The notes under the pieces: model-generated | The model's database searches: none | Told to the model about the DNA's origin: nothing | What the model saw: the letters and a program-made list of their open reading frames with translations, nothing else | Shown here: positions 63,801 to 64,000 of the stretch, one piece after another | How positions within the stretch are numbered: the stretch's first letter is position 1 | How the letters are laid out: every line of letters begins with the position of its first letter | Source of the DNA: Azolla caroliniana | Taxonomy: Eukaryota > Plantae > Polypodiophyta | Direction: 5' to 3' | DNA: 64,000 bases | NCBI GenBank assembly: GCA_043228905.1 | Contig: JBHGNT010000014.1 | Coordinates: 5,394,001-5,458,000, forward strand | Program-made: the position numbers and the translations under genes

Positions 63801-64000
63801 ACAGTACTCCGCGAACTGCCCCCGGTATTCCCCTCCGTTATCCGCTCGTATCGCTTTCAGCTTCTTGCCGGATTCTCTTTCCACTCTCCCGTGGAGTTCT
63901 TTGAAGACGGACAACACTTGGTCCTTTGTCTTCAACGGTGCCATCCACAGCTTCCGGCTGTGATCATCAATGAAAGTTACGAAGTACTGGGCTCCGCCAT
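60818..64000 (-). mobile_element. Copia element A2 (A family); 3' LTR 60818-61468, continues beyond the window
   Basis: LTR homologous to the A LTR; PPT 61469-61482; pol nearly identical to A. Confidence 0.95.
61479..64000 (-). CDS. pol: Uninterrupted Copia pol (IN-RT-RNase H), partial; N-terminus outside the window
   Basis: 821-aa open ORF 61479-63944, frame open to the window edge; RADNGGEY, LLYVDD, FTDSD, YCDSQSAI. Confidence 0.93.
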   Translation of the reverse strand, partial: GGAQYFVTFIDDHSRKLWMAPLKTKDQVLSVFKELHGRVERESGKKLKAIRADNGGEYRGQFAEYCRSKGIRLEFTVPKTPELNGLAERMNRTIMERVRSMLAHAELPKGFWAEAMSTATYVINRSPSVPLDGDTPQRVWTGREVSYRHLKVFGCLAYVHVAKDRRGKLDPKTRPCIFLGYGDDEFGYRVWDPVDKKIFRSRDIIFMEDKTLADWESEKKMKSSKSTGEDQLYEDQSRPARDRLALEDPAEDGEETEPAEEDENDTGTGPDPEMDSDEEESEEPATEAPERRYPLRERRAPRRFPEPEHVLLTDEGEPESFEEAKHDTQSRRWLSAMQDEMDSLHENHTYELVELPKGKRALRNKWVFKLKPGDAGNPPRYKARIVVKGFQQKKGVDFDEIFAPVVKMTSIRTVLSIAASMDLEVEQMDVKTAFLHGDLEEEIYMQQPEGFEKKGKEHLVCRLKKSLYGLKQAPRQWYRKFDSFMTDEGYHKTQSDHCVFVKKFEGGDFLILLLYVDDMLIVGRDQVKIRMLKKALHRTFSMKDLGPARQILGMHIIRDRSKKQLWLSQEKYVTKVLKRFNMSEARPVGSTLPANCKLSSKQSPKTKAEKEDMMKVPYASAVESLMYAMVCTRPDIGYAVGVVSRYMSNPGKEHWNAVKWILRYLKGTANVCLRFGSGKPELDGFTDSDMSADADTSRSTSGYVMTYAGGAVSWQSKLQKTVALSTTEAEYMAAVEAGKEIIWMKDFIRELGIRQEEYRLYCDSQSAIHLAKNAAYHSRTKHIQRRYHWIWERIEDKEFVLTKIHTDENGSDMLTKVLSPDKLEACRKRIGLERHPMPK

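Overview
The window is almost entirely nested transposable elements from a large plant genome. Evidence is the plant-type Copia/Gypsy domains, tRNA-Met(i) primer-binding sites and heavy C>T/G>A decay; a non-seed plant such as a fern is my guess, not established. I see no host gene, RNA gene or CRISPR array. Target-site duplications (TSDs) resolve the nesting: a very young Copia (1603-6923) inside an older Copia, chromovirus LTRs, several further Copia elements and solo LTRs, a non-chromovirus Gypsy with an extra ORF, and an RTEX-like LINE. The most unusual feature is a 17.2-kb Sola2-like DNA transposon (15194-32407, 25-bp TIRs, 4-bp TSD). It carries an intron-containing DDD transposase and a convergent multi-exon accessory gene ending in an FCP1/SCP (HAD) phosphatase-like domain. 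The perfect palindrome TAGCTAATTAGCTA forms arrays inside an intron of each gene and also occurs next to both TIRs.
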